Notes: a model not told the origin generated them from the letters alone. A DNA stretch of 64,000 bases from Bradymonadia bacterium (GCA_046290225.1 JBKAGE010000040.1:54272-118271); one strand, 5' to 3'. Shown: positions 18,861-29,824, numbered from the stretch's first letter. Program-made: numbers and translations.

Positions 18861-21800
18861 TCAGTCTGCCGTGCGGTACACCGAGAGGATCTCTCGAGTG
18901 GGTGTCGGGGTCCACACCTCCTCTGCAGTGACGGAGGCCCGGCTCTGGTTCCCGGCGAGGTGTTCGTCGAGGGCGGCCAGAGTGACGGGCTCGATGCGCT
19001 CGCCGTACTGGGCCAATCGCAGTCCGACGAGGGTGGAGCTGCAATGGGCCCCCTCGGCGAGGATCTCCACATCGTCCTGCCGCAGGCCGTTGTGGGACAC
19101 ATCGAGGCACCTCAAAGTGCGGTTGTGTCGCAACACCTCTGCCCAGGCCTCGCAACCGCGACGGCCAATGCGATTCCCCAGCTCCCCCACAGCAGCGGTG
19201 GCCCGGTTCCAGCCCAGACTGAGCATCTGCAGGGTCGGGTGCTCGGCGACGGCCTCGGCGAGGGCCACAGCCCCATCAGGGCCGATGCGATTCGACGCCA
19301 CCGACAACCGCTTCAGGCCTCCGCCACGGGCGCCGTCGGCCTTCAGGGCCTCCGCGAGGGCGGTGGCCCCCACATCTCCCAGGCGATTGCAGCTCACAAA
19401 GAGCGACGACAACCGGCTCCCCTCGGCGAGGGATCGCACCACGGGCTCGATGCCCTCGGGGGTGATCCCATTGGTGCCAAGGTAGAGGTGGCGCAGGCTG
19501 GTGTTCACCCTCACCCCCTCCATGATCTCCCTCACGCCTTCGTCCAGCAGGCCCGTGTTCACCAGATCGAGGGTGACGAGGCCCGTGAGCCCCTTAAGCA
19601 GCCGCTTCAAGTGAACAGCACCGCTGGCCTTGATGGGGTTGCGCTTGAGCCACAGCCCTTCGACCTGCAGTTGCCCCACGAGGGCCTCGCAGATGGGGGC
19701 CAGCCCGTCGGCGTCGATGTGATTGCCGGCGATGTACCACACCTGAACCGGTGACTGCCCCGAGCGAATGAACTCGGCGATGGCCCCGGCCCCGGTGTTG
19801 CCCACGATGTTGTTCCCCAACAACAGCCGCTTCACCTGTGGGTTGCTGTCCACGGCGCTCAACAAGGGCTCGATCCCCGCGGGGCCCACGACCTGCTTGC
19901 ACAGATCGAGGCGGCCATCTGGGGTGAGCGTGCCTCGAGGAAAGGCCGTGTCTTGGCTCACCTGCTCGTGATCGGCGGCGAGGTGCTCCAGCAGCGGTGC
20001 CAGCTCGTCGAGCGGACACGGCACCACGGGCACTGGCAGCGGCTCGATGACGGCCTCGCTGATGGGGGCCGTAAGCGCCTCGGGGGTCCACTCTGGCACA
20101 CCGAGCCGCCTAGTCGACACCGCACCACTCACCTGAGCCTCTTGAGCCCGGATGTGGTGGCCCAGGCCGGCGATGAGACGCCGATAGCGCGCATAGGCGG
20201 TGCGGCGATCCTGTCCACCGCTCAGCCGCCGCGCCACGGCGCGCCCCAGGTTGCACCGTCGATCAGTGGCTCCGTTGATGCGTGGGGCACCCAGAGCCAC
20301 CAGAGAGGTGGGCAGCCCCGCCTCGAGCAAACCTTCATCGGCGTTGAGCGTCGCCGCGATCTGCTCGGCGACGGCCTGGTGCAAGCCCATGAGACCGTCG
20401 CCGTACAGCCCCGGCTGCTCGTCGGCGATCTCACAGGCGAGCAGGGCCAACCGATTGAGGGCCTTCACCCCACACGACGCCAACAACATCGGCAAATGCG
20501 GCGCCACGCCACCTGGGATCGCCAGGTGCGCCGCCATCCACAGCCGATACACCGCATCTCCAGGGAGCGGCGCCTCGATGTGATCCACAGGCCCGTAGTC
20601 ATATGACTGGTACAGGCTGCACGCCGAGGCGAGGAGCGCTTTCGGCGTCAGCCCAGGCGTCGTGCGCAGGGCCTCGCCCACAGGGGCGATCCATCGCTCG
20701 AGGGCTTCGTCCTCATCCACCCACGTGGCCAGCAGCTCCGGGCGCACCAGGTGTGTCGCAGGCACCTCTTCATCTTCGAGCGACGCCGGCAGCCCCTGAT
20801 GCACGAACTGGCCAATGAAGGCCTGGAGCGTGTCCATGGGCCAACGGTCTGGCGCGAAGTGCCCCCCCGGGTGGGTGGCCAGGGCGCCGTGCTCGAAGCA
20901 CCGCGACAGCGCAATGGAGCGCTCAGGCGGCACCATCTCGTCACGCTCGCCGTAGATGTGCATCGAGGGCAATTTCAGCGGCTGCGCCATCAACGGCGCC
21001 AGCTCGGGATCCCGAGGGGTGAAGCTCGAGATGCTGATCACGAACCGCAGTTGGATCGCCTCAAGGGGCTGCAATGCCCCGAGCAGCGCCGCCACGGCCC
21101 CACCCTGGGAGAAACCCACAACGCCATCGAAGGGCCCCTGGCGCTGAAACACCTCCTGCAGATACGTCAGAGTCTGCGACCAGCCCGCATAGCGTACTGG
21201 GGTTTCCTGGGCATCCCACCAGCGGCGCAGATGAGGCGTCTCCGGATCGCACATGTGAGGTGCGTCCACATAGACCAGCTCGGCGACCCCCTCGAGAGCC
21301 TTGCGCAGCTTGCGGGTCTTCGCCTTGAGCACCCCGCCGTTCTGCCGGAAGCCGTGGAGCACGAGCACCCGTGCAGGCCGAAGGCCCGTGGGCTCCGGTG
21401 AAGGCGTCAGCTGTGGGTGTCGCCGCTGCTGGAGGAAGCAGCGCTCCTCGACGGTGCTTTCCCGGCCCAGGGCCACATTGTGAATCGGGTGTCGTCCGAA
21501 CCGCTCCAGGGCCTTCACGTCTTTTCGAGCCCGAGCCAGCAAATGGCGGTATGTCCGCCGCTGCCCGCGGGTCAAAGGATCGCTCACCAGCGCGAAGAAA
21601 CCCTCCAGGGCATCTGCCATGACGGCCTGGTCCTCGCTGTGACCCAAGATCAAGTACGCCAGAGCCCGAGCCGGCGGCGGCAGCTCAGCGTCACCCTCAG
21701 AAGCGCGCAGGCTCTGGGCCAGCCTCGACGCCACCGTATCCGTGGCCACCATCCGTGGGGTGTCGGCGTGCAGATGCCGGGGCACTTGATCGAGCAAGAT

Positions 21801-22205
21801 CATCAACGCCAGCGTACCCCTCGGATGCCGCTGCCAGTGCTCCAGGTCACCGGCCACCGCCTGCTCGAAGCGCGCCTCGATGCCCTCGGGCAGCGGTACC
21901 GGGCGCTCTGGCGTGTCGATGAACCACAGCCTCTGATCGACGGGGTGTTTTGGATCCCAGGCCTGCTCGGGGGTGCCTGTCCAATGGCGCAGTACCTCGT
22001 CGATCTGCCTCTCGGTGGCGTCGAGGCGCGCGATCTCGCGTCGCCCCTCAGCGAGGGCGTGGAGCAGATCGGGCAACCCGCCTGCACCGTTGACGATGTG
22101 CCTCGCGATCTGCGCTCTCAGGCCGGCACATCGTTCCACGAGAGCCAGGAGCGCAGGTTGATGGGGGTCGATGTTCGTGGATGTAAGGGTCTGTTTCTGT
22201 TGCAT
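18861..22205 (-). CDS. Multidomain fusion: DUF924 + FSH1-type serine hydrolase + helical linker + RNI-like LRRs
   Basis: ATG at 22205 with GGAG RBS; ILLDQVPRH and RFGRHPIHNVALGREST (DUF924); LHGFRQN, GFSQGG, GERD, HPGGH (FSH1); LDLCKQ followed by LxLxxNxIG repeats. Confidence 0.85.
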   Translation of the reverse strand: MQQKQTLTSTNIDPHQPALLALVERCAGLRAQIARHIVNGAGGLPDLLHALAEGRREIARLDATERQIDEVLRHWTGTPEQAWDPKHPVDQRLWFIDTPERPVPLPEGIEARFEQAVAGDLEHWQRHPRGTLALMILLDQVPRHLHADTPRMVATDTVASRLAQSLRASEGDAELPPPARALAYLILGHSEDQAVMADALEGFFALVSDPLTRGQRRTYRHLLARARKDVKALERFGRHPIHNVALGRESTVEERCFLQQRRHPQLTPSPEPTGLRPARVLVLHGFRQNGGVLKAKTRKLRKALEGVAELVYVDAPHMCDPETPHLRRWWDAQETPVRYAGWSQTLTYLQEVFQRQGPFDGVVGFSQGGAVAALLGALQPLEAIQLRFVISISSFTPRDPELAPLMAQPLKLPSMHIYGERDEMVPPERSIALSRCFEHGALATHPGGHFAPDRWPMDTLQAFIGQFVHQGLPASLEDEEVPATHLVRPELLATWVDEDEALERWIAPVGEALRTTPGLTPKALLASACSLYQSYDYGPVDHIEAPLPGDAVYRLWMAAHLAIPGGVAPHLPMLLASCGVKALNRLALLACEIADEQPGLYGDGLMGLHQAVAEQIAATLNADEGLLEAGLPTSLVALGAPRINGATDRRCNLGRAVARRLSGGQDRRTAYARYRRLIAGLGHHIRAQEAQVSGAVSTRRLGVPEWTPEALTAPISEAVIEPLPVPVVPCPLDELAPLLEHLAADHEQVSQDTAFPRGTLTPDGRLDLCKQVVGPAGIEPLLSAVDSNPQVKRLLLGNNIVGNTGAGAIAEFIRSGQSPVQVWYIAGNHIDADGLAPICEALVGQLQVEGLWLKRNPIKASGAVHLKRLLKGLTGLVTLDLVNTGLLDEGVREIMEGVRVNTSLRHLYLGTNGITPEGIEPVVRSLAEGSRLSSLFVSCNRLGDVGATALAEALKADGARGGGLKRLSVASNRIGPDGAVALAEAVAEHPTLQMLSLGWNRATAAVGELGNRIGRRGCEAWAEVLRHNRTLRCLDVSHNGLRQDDVEILAEGAHCSSTLVGLRLAQYGERIEPVTLAALDEHLAGNQSRASVTAEEVWTPTPTREILSVYRTAD

Positions 22206-22213
22206 GAGTGACT

Positions 22214-22352
22214 CCGTTCTTTCACCGGCGAGGCAAGGGTTCGGTTGACGCGCTCGCGGTGTACTGGGCGACGCCCGAGTGGCGCCGACGACAACTTTTG
22301 ATTTCAAAACGAGGGTGTACCTCTCGAGCACGCGCTCGCGAGGTGAAGACGG
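22214..22352. ncRNA. Candidate structured RNA element
   Basis: Nested stems 22214-22232/22335-22352 and 22252-22259/22321-22329; internal hairpin GGGC-GAC-GCCC and dyad TTTTGA-TT-TCAAAA; GGTGTAC occurs twice. Confidence 0.55.
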
Positions 22353-22504
22353 GTCTGCAATGCGTTGGACGACGCAAAATTAGCGCGGCAGGCCTCAAGG
22401 CGCAAACCGCTCTGAAGCACAGACTGGTCGTCAGTCCTTGAGTGATGCGCTCACATTACCGACTCAAAAATCTACAATATTCAAATCAATGGGCGAATCT
22501 GGCC

Positions 22505-24433
22505 ATGAGACTCACACAGCTGAAGATCAAGCAGCGCATCGGTTTGGGGTTTGGCATCTCCCTGTGCTTGATGCTCTTCCTCGCTGGAAGCGCATGGCTC
22601 ACCATGAGTCATGTCGACGAACGCGTGCAGACACACAGCGCTTTTGCCCATGACGTCCGGCAGGTCAGGTAGGTGCAGCTGAAGATGCTCGCCGCTCAGG
22701 TGAGCGTGATGCAGGCCATGCTCGGCAACGCTTCGAGCGCGGAGCACGTGGAGGCAGATCGCGCAGCCTCGATGTCGCTGCTCGGCGAGCTCGCCGAGCA
22801 GGCAAAGGGCACCGAGCAGCACGAGCAGCTCAAAGCCATGGCCTCGGAGCTGAGCACCTACTTCGCCTCTTTCGAGCGGGTGGTGCAGACCAATGCGCAG
22901 CTCGCCGAGGTCACAGCTGATCTCGTTCAAAAGACTGAGCAACTGCATCAAGCCGCGCGCGCTACAGGCTCTCCGGCGCTGCTCGAGGCCATTCAGCGAC
23001 AACACGTCGACACCTTCGCCTACCTGTTCGCCCCAGGTCAGGCCAGCTATCTGAAGGCACTGCATCAAACCGACCGGTCACAGGCCCTCGTCGGCGGTCA
23101 CGAGAGCGTCGCCGGCCTCGCCCACGATACGCGTACGGCGCTCATCCGTGCCCGGGCCTATCACATTCAGAAGAGCACCCTCATCAAGTACTCGCTTTCG
23201 GTCCTCGGCCCCGAAGTCGCGGCCAAAATCGATGCGTTTCGTGAGCAGATCGACGGGCGTCTCGACACGCTCAGTGCCGATGTCCAGTCCACCATGGGCA
23301 CCTCGCAGAGCAACCTGTTGCTGTTCTCGCTCCTCGCTGTGGCCACAGGGCTGATCTTCGCCTGGCTCATCGGCCGCAGCATCAGCGGGCCTGTCCAGCA
23401 GCTCAGCGAGGTCATGTCCCGCTTGTCTCAGCGAGACTACGACGTGGAGATCAACTTCACCGATCAGCAGAACGAGATCGGCGAGATGAGCCGCACCCTG
23501 GAAGTCTTCAGACACAACATGGAGCAGGTGGACTCTCTGACACATCTCGAGTCGGCCATGGCCGCCCGAAGCGCTCAGGAGACCCAGGCCAGCCGCATCG
23601 CCGAGCTGAGCAGTGAGTTCGACGTGGGTGTCAAGGCCATCCTCGAGGCCCTCGATGCCGCCACGGGTCAGCTCGACGCCTCGTCTTCGAGCATGGGCGC
23701 GGTGGCTGATCGCACACAGACCCTCGCCTCATCGGCGTCGGCCTCCTCTGTTCAAGCGGCGAGCAACGTGCAAACCGTCGCCGTGGCCGCAGAGGCCCTC
23801 TCGGATTCGATCGAAGCCATCGGGGCACAGGTGCACACCTCCACCGAGCTGTCTCATCGCGCCTCTCAGAGCACTGAAGCCACTCATCAGGCGGTGGAGA
23901 AGCTGTCGCGCTCTACAGAGCGCATCGGCGAGGTGGTCACGCTCATCAGCGACATCGCAGAGCAGACGAACCTGCTGGCTCTGAACGCCACCATCGAGGC
24001 CGCCCGGGCTGGTGACGCAGGCAAGGGCTTCGCTGTCGTCGCCGACGAGGTGAAGCGACTGGCCAGCCAGACCGCCACGGCCACTGAAGAGATCGGGCGG
24101 CAGATCAGCGATGTGCAGGCCGAGGCACAGCAGACCATCGACGCCATCCTGACCATCAACCAGGCCGTCACTCAAATCGACGCGTCGATCGCGGTCATCG
24201 CCTCATCGGTGGATGCGCAGGGGCAGTCGACGCGGGACATCGCCCGCAATGTGCAGGCCGCCGCCGAGGGGACTCAGTCGGTCTCCACCCACATCGACGA
24301 GGTCAACACCAGCGCCCACGACGTCGATCGGGCTGCGCAGGACGTCGCCACGGCGCAGTCGGCCCTCAGCGCACAGTCGGTGCGCTTGAAGGGCATGGTG
24401 GACCAGTACCTCGAGCAGGTGCGCAGCGCCTGA
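22505..24433 (+). pseudogene. Methyl-accepting chemotaxis protein interrupted by an in-frame TAG at 22670-22672
   Basis: TM1 lies before the TAG; the sensor domain, TM2, HAMP (NEIGEMSR) and [34 protein letters not shown] follow in the same frame. Confidence 0.8.
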
Positions 24434-24439
24434 TGGCCC

Positions 24440-25105
24440 TCAAAGCGTGAAGACGTAGTGCATCACCGCCTCGATCTCGGCGTCGGTGAGTTGGAGCGTG
24501 GGCATGGCCGGCGGGTAGCCGTGGACCACCTGCTCGGTGGGGGCCTTGATCGATCGCTTGAAGTAGTCGGCGTCGCTGCGGATCACGCTGGCATCGGCCA
24601 TCACTGAGACCCGACCCCACAACCCCTTCATCGAGGGGCCCACCCGCTTGCTGCCATCGACGCTGTGACATGCTGCGCAGGTCTTGGCGGTGAAGAGGGT
24701 TTTCCCCTGAGCCACCCTGGCGCTGTCAGCCTCGAAGGCAGGCACAGGCTCGGCCCTCATCTGCGCCGCTCTGGCTTCGGCCTCGGCAAAGTCAGCCGCC
24801 CCAGGGGGTGGCGGCGGGGGCTCGACGTCGAAGGGCTGCACCCCCTCTTCGGCGACGAGGGCCATGGCCCGGTCAATGGGGATTTGATACGTGACCTCGT
24901 TCTTGTCCTTGCGCACGCCGAGCTGAGTGTAGCGGGCGAGCACAGCCCCCTCTTCTGCCTGCAGCTCCTCGTGTAACTTCAGCAGCTCTGCAGTGGCAGG
25001 GTGCTCTTCCATCTCTTGCGGCGTTTTGCCACACCCGACCGCCAGGGCGAGGGCTGCAGACGCGGCGATCCACCGCCCCAGAGTGAAGCCTGTGTGTGAT
25101 TTCAT
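24440..25105 (-). CDS. Cytochrome c lipoprotein (CoxII C-terminal-like monoheme domain)
   Basis: Lipobox AVGC; CAACH; VGPSMKGLWG; axial Met in PAMP. Confidence 0.88.
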   Translation of the reverse strand: MKSHTGFTLGRWIAASAALALAVGCGKTPQEMEEHPATAELLKLHEELQAEEGAVLARYTQLGVRKDKNEVTYQIPIDRAMALVAEEGVQPFDVEPPPPPPGAADFAEAEARAAQMRAEPVPAFEADSARVAQGKTLFTAKTCAACHSVDGSKRVGPSMKGLWGRVSVMADASVIRSDADYFKRSIKAPTEQVVHGYPPAMPTLQLTDAEIEAVMHYVFTL

Positions 25106-25271
25106 GGGTGTGCGCTCCTTCGATCGATTCGGAGAGATCGACTGAGCAAGGGGCGGGCCACTTCGGTGCGAGTCGCGCCGCCCATGTGCCGATGTCCTTC
25201 AAAGCGAGGTCATCTGGATCCCGCTCATCACTCGCGGTAAACGAAATGCACCCTCTCGCTCAGGAGCGCCC

Positions 25272-26786
25272 ATGCCCGTCGCCGCAGACCTCCGCTCTCC
25301 CCTGCTCACCGACCTGTACCAGCTCACCATGGCCAGCGGTTACTGGTCCCTGGGCATGGCCGATCACGAGGCGGTGTTCCACCTCTTCTACCGCCGTCCT
25401 CCCTTCAAGGGCGGGTACGCCATCGCCGCGGGCCTCGAAGCGGTCATCGACTATCTGAAGGGCTGGCGCTTCACCGAAGAGGATCGAGCGTTCCTCGCCA
25501 CCCTCACCGGGAACGACGGGCAGCCCCTGTTTCCCGAGGGGTTCCTGCAGTACCTCGTCGACACCCCCTTCAGCTGTGAGATCGACGCGGTGCCCGAGGG
25601 CACCGTGGTGGCGCCTCACGCGCCGCTGATCCGGGTGAAGGGTCCGCTGATCCAGGGGCAGCTCATCGAGACGCCTCTGCTCACCATGGTGAACTTCCAG
25701 ACCCTCATCGCCACCAAGTCGGCCCGCATCTGCGCCGCGGCGCAGGGGGAGCCGGTCCTGGAGTTCGGCCTGCGCCGGGCTCAAGGGGTGGACGGTGGGC
25801 TCTCGGCGAGCCGGGCAGCCTATGTGGGCGGCTGTGCTGCCACGAGCAATGTGCTCGCGGGGCGCGTGTACGGGATCCCGGTGAAGGGCACCCACGCCCA
25901 CAGCTGGGTGATGGCCTTCGAAGATGAGGTCACGGCCTTCGAGTCGTACGCCCGGGCCATGCCCAACAACTGCGTGTTCCTCGTGGACACCTACGACACG
26001 GTAGAAGGGGTGAAGCGCGCCATCGAAGTGGGCAAGGCGCTGAGGGCCAACGGCCACGAAATGGTGGGGGTGAGGCTCGACTCTGGCGATCTGGCAACTT
26101 TGAGCATCGAGGCCCGCCGCCTGCTCGACGAGGCGGGTTTCCCCGACGCTGCGGTGGTGGCGAGCAACGATCTCGACGAGTACAACATCGCCCGCCTCAA
26201 GGCCGATGGGGCCCGCATCGGGGTCTGGGGGGTGGGCACCCGCCTCGCCACGGCCTACGATCAGCCCGCCCTCGGCGGCGTGTACAAACTCGCCGCCATC
26301 CGAGGTGCAGCTGAGGCAGGCGCAGAGCAGGACTGGCGCCGCACCATCAAGCTCTCTGAGCAGGCCATCAAGGTCTCCAACCCTGGTATTCTGCAGGTGC
26401 GCCGCTTCACGAATGACGCAGGGGCGCCTCTCGCCGACGTCATCTACGACGAGCTCGATCCCCCTGCAGGGCTTGATTCCGGCGCGTTCCAGATGGTGAA
26501 CCCCGCCACGGACGAGGGTGTAGTCGACACCCCACCAGGCGCAGGCGAAGACCTTCTGGTCCCGGTGTTTCGGGACGGCAAAGCGGTCTACGACACCCCG
26601 CCCATCGACGAGATCAGGGACCACGCCCTGCGACAGCTCGCGGCGTTGCCTGCGGAGATTGCCGCGGTGGACGCAGGCAAGCAGGGGCACGGTTTGCCCT
26701 GGCGCCTCGAGGCAGGTCTCGCCTCTCGCAAGGCGCAGATGATCGCCGACGCCGGCGCCCTCGCCGAGACAGGAGAGCCCTCGTGA
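25272..26786 (+). CDS. pncB: Nicotinate phosphoribosyltransferase
   Basis: [41 protein letters not shown] and GGVYKL motifs. Confidence 0.93.
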   Translation: MPVAADLRSPLLTDLYQLTMASGYWSLGMADHEAVFHLFYRRPPFKGGYAIAAGLEAVIDYLKGWRFTEEDRAFLATLTGNDGQPLFPEGFLQYLVDTPFSCEIDAVPEGTVVAPHAPLIRVKGPLIQGQLIETPLLTMVNFQTLIATKSARICAAAQGEPVLEFGLRRAQGVDGGLSASRAAYVGGCAATSNVLAGRVYGIPVKGTHAHSWVMAFEDEVTAFESYARAMPNNCVFLVDTYDTVEGVKRAIEVGKALRANGHEMVGVRLDSGDLATLSIEARRLLDEAGFPDAAVVASNDLDEYNIARLKADGARIGVWGVGTRLATAYDQPALGGVYKLAAIRGAAEAGAEQDWRRTIKLSEQAIKVSNPGILQVRRFTNDAGAPLADVIYDELDPPAGLDSGAFQMVNPATDEGVVDTPPGAGEDLLVPVFRDGKAVYDTPPIDEIRDHALRQLAALPAEIAAVDAGKQGHGLPWRLEAGLASRKAQMIADAGALAETGEPS

Positions 26787-27721
26787 ACGACACCCCTCAG
26801 CTGGTCTTCTCCACCGAGGCCTACCGCTACATGAGCGAGGCGCTGTGCGCTCACCCTGAGTTCGAGGCGGGACAGATCCTCACCCGGCACTTCCCCGATG
26901 GCGAGCGCTACATGCGCTTGGAGACCGGGGTGGACGGCCGCGACGTCATCGTACTCGGCGGTACGGTGTCTGCAGCAGACACCCTCGAGTTGTACGATCT
27001 CGCCACCGGTGTCGTGCGCTACGGCGCCCGACGTCTCACCCTGGTCATCCCCTACTTCGGCTACTCCACCATGGAGCGCGCCGTACGCACTGGAGAGATC
27101 ATCACCGCCAAGAGCCGCGCCCGGCTCTTGTCGTCGATCTCCACGGCAAGCTCGGGGAACCGCGTGATTTTGCTCGACCTGCACGTGGAAGGCATCGCGC
27201 AGTACTTCGAGGATGGCGTGCGGCCGATCCATGTGCGGGCCACGCCCCTCATCATGAAGGCGGCCCGTCAGCTCGGCGGCGAGGACTTCGTGCTCGGCAG
27301 CGCCGACACAGGCCGGGCGAAGTGGGTCGAGGCCCTGGCGAATGATCTCGGGGTCTCTGCCTCGTTCGTCTTCAAAAAACGCCTCTCCGGCGACGAGACC
27401 AAAGTGACGGCGGTGAGCGCCCAGTGCGACGGCGCCCACGTGATCATGTACGACGACATGATCCGCACCGGGGGCTCGCTCATCGGCGCCGCCCGGGCTT
27501 ACCAGGAGGCCGGCGCCCGGCGCATCGACGCCATCGCCACCCACGGCGTATTGCCCGAGGGGGCCTTGGAGCGTTTGCGCGACTCGGGCATCTTCCAACA
27601 CATCATCACCACCGACAGCCACCCGAGGGCCCAAGCCCTCGCCGAGGCCGACGACACCGGCTTTTTGCAGATCGTCTCCGTGGCCGATCTGCTCGCCGAC
27701 GACATCAGGAGCCATCCGTGA
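26783..27721 (+). CDS. prs: Ribose-phosphate pyrophosphokinase (divergent)
   Basis: [23 protein letters not shown] and ATHGVL motifs. Confidence 0.85.
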   Translation: MNDTPQLVFSTEAYRYMSEALCAHPEFEAGQILTRHFPDGERYMRLETGVDGRDVIVLGGTVSAADTLELYDLATGVVRYGARRLTLVIPYFGYSTMERAVRTGEIITAKSRARLLSSISTASSGNRVILLDLHVEGIAQYFEDGVRPIHVRATPLIMKAARQLGGEDFVLGSADTGRAKWVEALANDLGVSASFVFKKRLSGDETKVTAVSAQCDGAHVIMYDDMIRTGGSLIGAARAYQEAGARRIDAIATHGVLPEGALERLRDSGIFQHIITTDSHPRAQALAEADDTGFLQIVSVADLLADDIRSHP

Positions 27722-29784
27722 AGTTGATTCGCGTGGCCGCTGGGGCCCTCAACCAGACCCCACTCGACTGGGCGGGCAACCGCCGCCGTATCCTCGACCT
27801 CATCGCCGAGGCACGCACTGCCGGGGCCACAGTGCTCTGTCTGCCAGAGCTGTGCATTACGGGCTACGGCTGCGAAGACGCCTTTCAGGCCCCCCACGTC
27901 ACCGAGAAGGCCTGGCAGATCCTGCTCGAGGTGGCGGCGCACTCGACGGACATGGTGGTGAGCCTGGGCCTGCCGGTGCTCTTCAACAATGTGCTCTACA
28001 ACTGCGCCGCGCTGCTCGTGAACGGCCAGGTGGTGGGGCTGGTGGCCAAGCAGTACCTCGCCGGCGATGGGATCCACTACGAGCCCCGCTGGTTCAAGGC
28101 CTGGGAGATGGGCGAGGTGCTCACCTACCGCGGCGCAGGCCCCGATGGCCCTCTCGAAGTGCCCATCGGCGATCTGCACTTCGAGGTGGGCGGGGTGCGC
28201 ATGGGCTTCGAGATCTGCGAAGACGCCTGGGTGGCCCAGCGCCCGGGGAGCGTGCTCGCCCGCCGTGGGGTCGACATCATCTTGAACCCCAGCGCCAGCC
28301 ACTTCGCCTTCGACAAGTGGCGCCTGCGTGAGCGCCTGGTGCTCGAAGGGGCCCGGGCCTTCGGGGTGACCTACGTCTACGCCAACCTGCTCGGGAACGA
28401 GTCGGGCCGGGCGATCTACGACGGGGGCACCCTCATCGCCTGCGGCAGTCAGATGCTCGCCCGTGGGGGCCGCCTGACCCTGGCACCCTCGACGCTGATC
28501 CACGCCATGATCGACGTGCAGCACACCCGCATGCTCCAAGCCCGCACGGTGAGCCTCAAACCCGATCTCGCCTACATCGAGCGGGACGATCGGGTGCGGG
28601 TGCCCTTCGAGTGGCCCGCCCACGAGCCCGCCAACGAGCAGCCCAACCTCGAGCCCTGGGTCCGAGGGCGCCTCGACGAGCCCGAAGATGTAAAGTGCGA
28701 AGAGTTCACCCGGGCCGAAGCCCTGGGCCTCTTCGACTACCTGCGCAAGAGCCGTTCTCGGGGCTTCGTAGTGTCGCTGAGCGGCGGCGCGGACTCCGCA
28801 GCCTGCGCGGCCCTGGTGGGGGTCATGGTGCGCCTCGCCCTCGCCCACCCGGCCCACATGCGCGACGCTCTCGGCTACATCCCCGCGGTGGCGAAGCTGC
28901 TCGACGGGGTCGAGTCGGTGGACTTCGCCGGAGATCCGTGGGGTCATCCCCTGGCTCAACAGCTCACCCAGGCCCTCCTCGTCACCGCCTACCAGGGCAC
29001 CCGAAACAGCTCCGACGTGACCCGCAACGCCGCGGCGGACGTCGCCTCTGCGGTGGGGGCTACACACCATGATCTCGACGTGGACGGCTTGGTGGAGCTC
29101 TACCGCGGCATCACCGAGAAGGCCCTGGGTCGCCCTCTCACCTGGGATCAGGACGACATCGCCCTGCAGAATATCCAGGCCCGCGTCCGCGGGCCCAGCG
29201 TGTGGATGCTCGCGAACATCCATGGCGCCCTGCTGTTGTCGACCTCGAACCGATCCGAGGCCGCCGTGGGCTACGCCACGATGGACGGCGACACCTGTGG
29301 CGGGCTGAGCCCCATCGCCGGCATCGACAAGGATTTTCTGCGGGTGTGGCTGCGCTGGATGGAGCACAACGGGCCCTTCGGCCTCGCGGCGCTGTCGGCG
29401 TTGAACAGTATCAATGTGCAGCAGCCCACGGCGGAGCTTCGCCCACAAGATCAGGGGCAGACGGACGAAGACGATCTGATGCCCTACGATCTGCTCGACG
29501 ACATCGAGCGGGCGGCGATCCGCGACAAGCTCTCGCCCCTGGCGGTGTACCGCCTGATGCGGGTGCGGTTCCCTCAACACAGCGCCGACGACATGCTGAC
29601 CTGGGTGGAGCGCTTCTTCCAGCTGTGGTGCCGCAATCAATGGAAGCGTGAGCGTTACGCCCCGTCGTTCCACCTCGACGACGCCAACCTGGATCCGAAG
29701 ACATGGTGCCGGTTCCCGATTTTGTCCGGGGGTTACTGGGAAGAGCTCGCCGAGCTACGGACGTACGTGAGGGACAAAACCTGA
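27718..29784 (+). CDS. nadE: Glutamine-dependent NAD+ synthetase
   Basis: GTG start overlapping the prs stop; nitrilase domain ([12 protein letters not shown]); [19 protein letters not shown] and QWKR motifs. Confidence 0.95.
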   Translation: MKLIRVAAGALNQTPLDWAGNRRRILDLIAEARTAGATVLCLPELCITGYGCEDAFQAPHVTEKAWQILLEVAAHSTDMVVSLGLPVLFNNVLYNCAALLVNGQVVGLVAKQYLAGDGIHYEPRWFKAWEMGEVLTYRGAGPDGPLEVPIGDLHFEVGGVRMGFEICEDAWVAQRPGSVLARRGVDIILNPSASHFAFDKWRLRERLVLEGARAFGVTYVYANLLGNESGRAIYDGGTLIACGSQMLARGGRLTLAPSTLIHAMIDVQHTRMLQARTVSLKPDLAYIERDDRVRVPFEWPAHEPANEQPNLEPWVRGRLDEPEDVKCEEFTRAEALGLFDYLRKSRSRGFVVSLSGGADSAACAALVGVMVRLALAHPAHMRDALGYIPAVAKLLDGVESVDFAGDPWGHPLAQQLTQALLVTAYQGTRNSSDVTRNAAADVASAVGATHHDLDVDGLVELYRGITEKALGRPLTWDQDDIALQNIQARVRGPSVWMLANIHGALLLSTSNRSEAAVGYATMDGDTCGGLSPIAGIDKDFLRVWLRWMEHNGPFGLAALSALNSINVQQPTAELRPQDQGQTDEDDLMPYDLLDDIERAAIRDKLSPLAVYRLMRVRFPQHSADDMLTWVERFFQLWCRNQWKRERYAPSFHLDDANLDPKTWCRFPILSGGYWEELAELRTYVRDKT

Positions 29785-29824
29785 GCATCACAGAGCACCA
29801 TGGGCGCTGTGCTAAGGTGGGCGC

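Noticed and set aside
22206..22331. N-terminal extension of the LRR fusion in the ORF track (similar extensions on nadE, the helicase and the 36.5-kb lipoprotein)
   Set aside because: Downstream starts have better RBS or stop-start coupling; the extensions overlap other features.
22214..22352. tRNA gene
   Set aside because: No cloverleaf, no GTTCGA T-loop and no CCA end; retained only as a candidate ncRNA.
27499..29673. Long antisense ORFs (also 9732-11300, 25260-26690, 38698-40734, 43647-44939, 47849-49789, 55254-56834)
   Set aside because: Shadow frames opposite well-supported genes in high-GC DNA, with no recognisable motifs.
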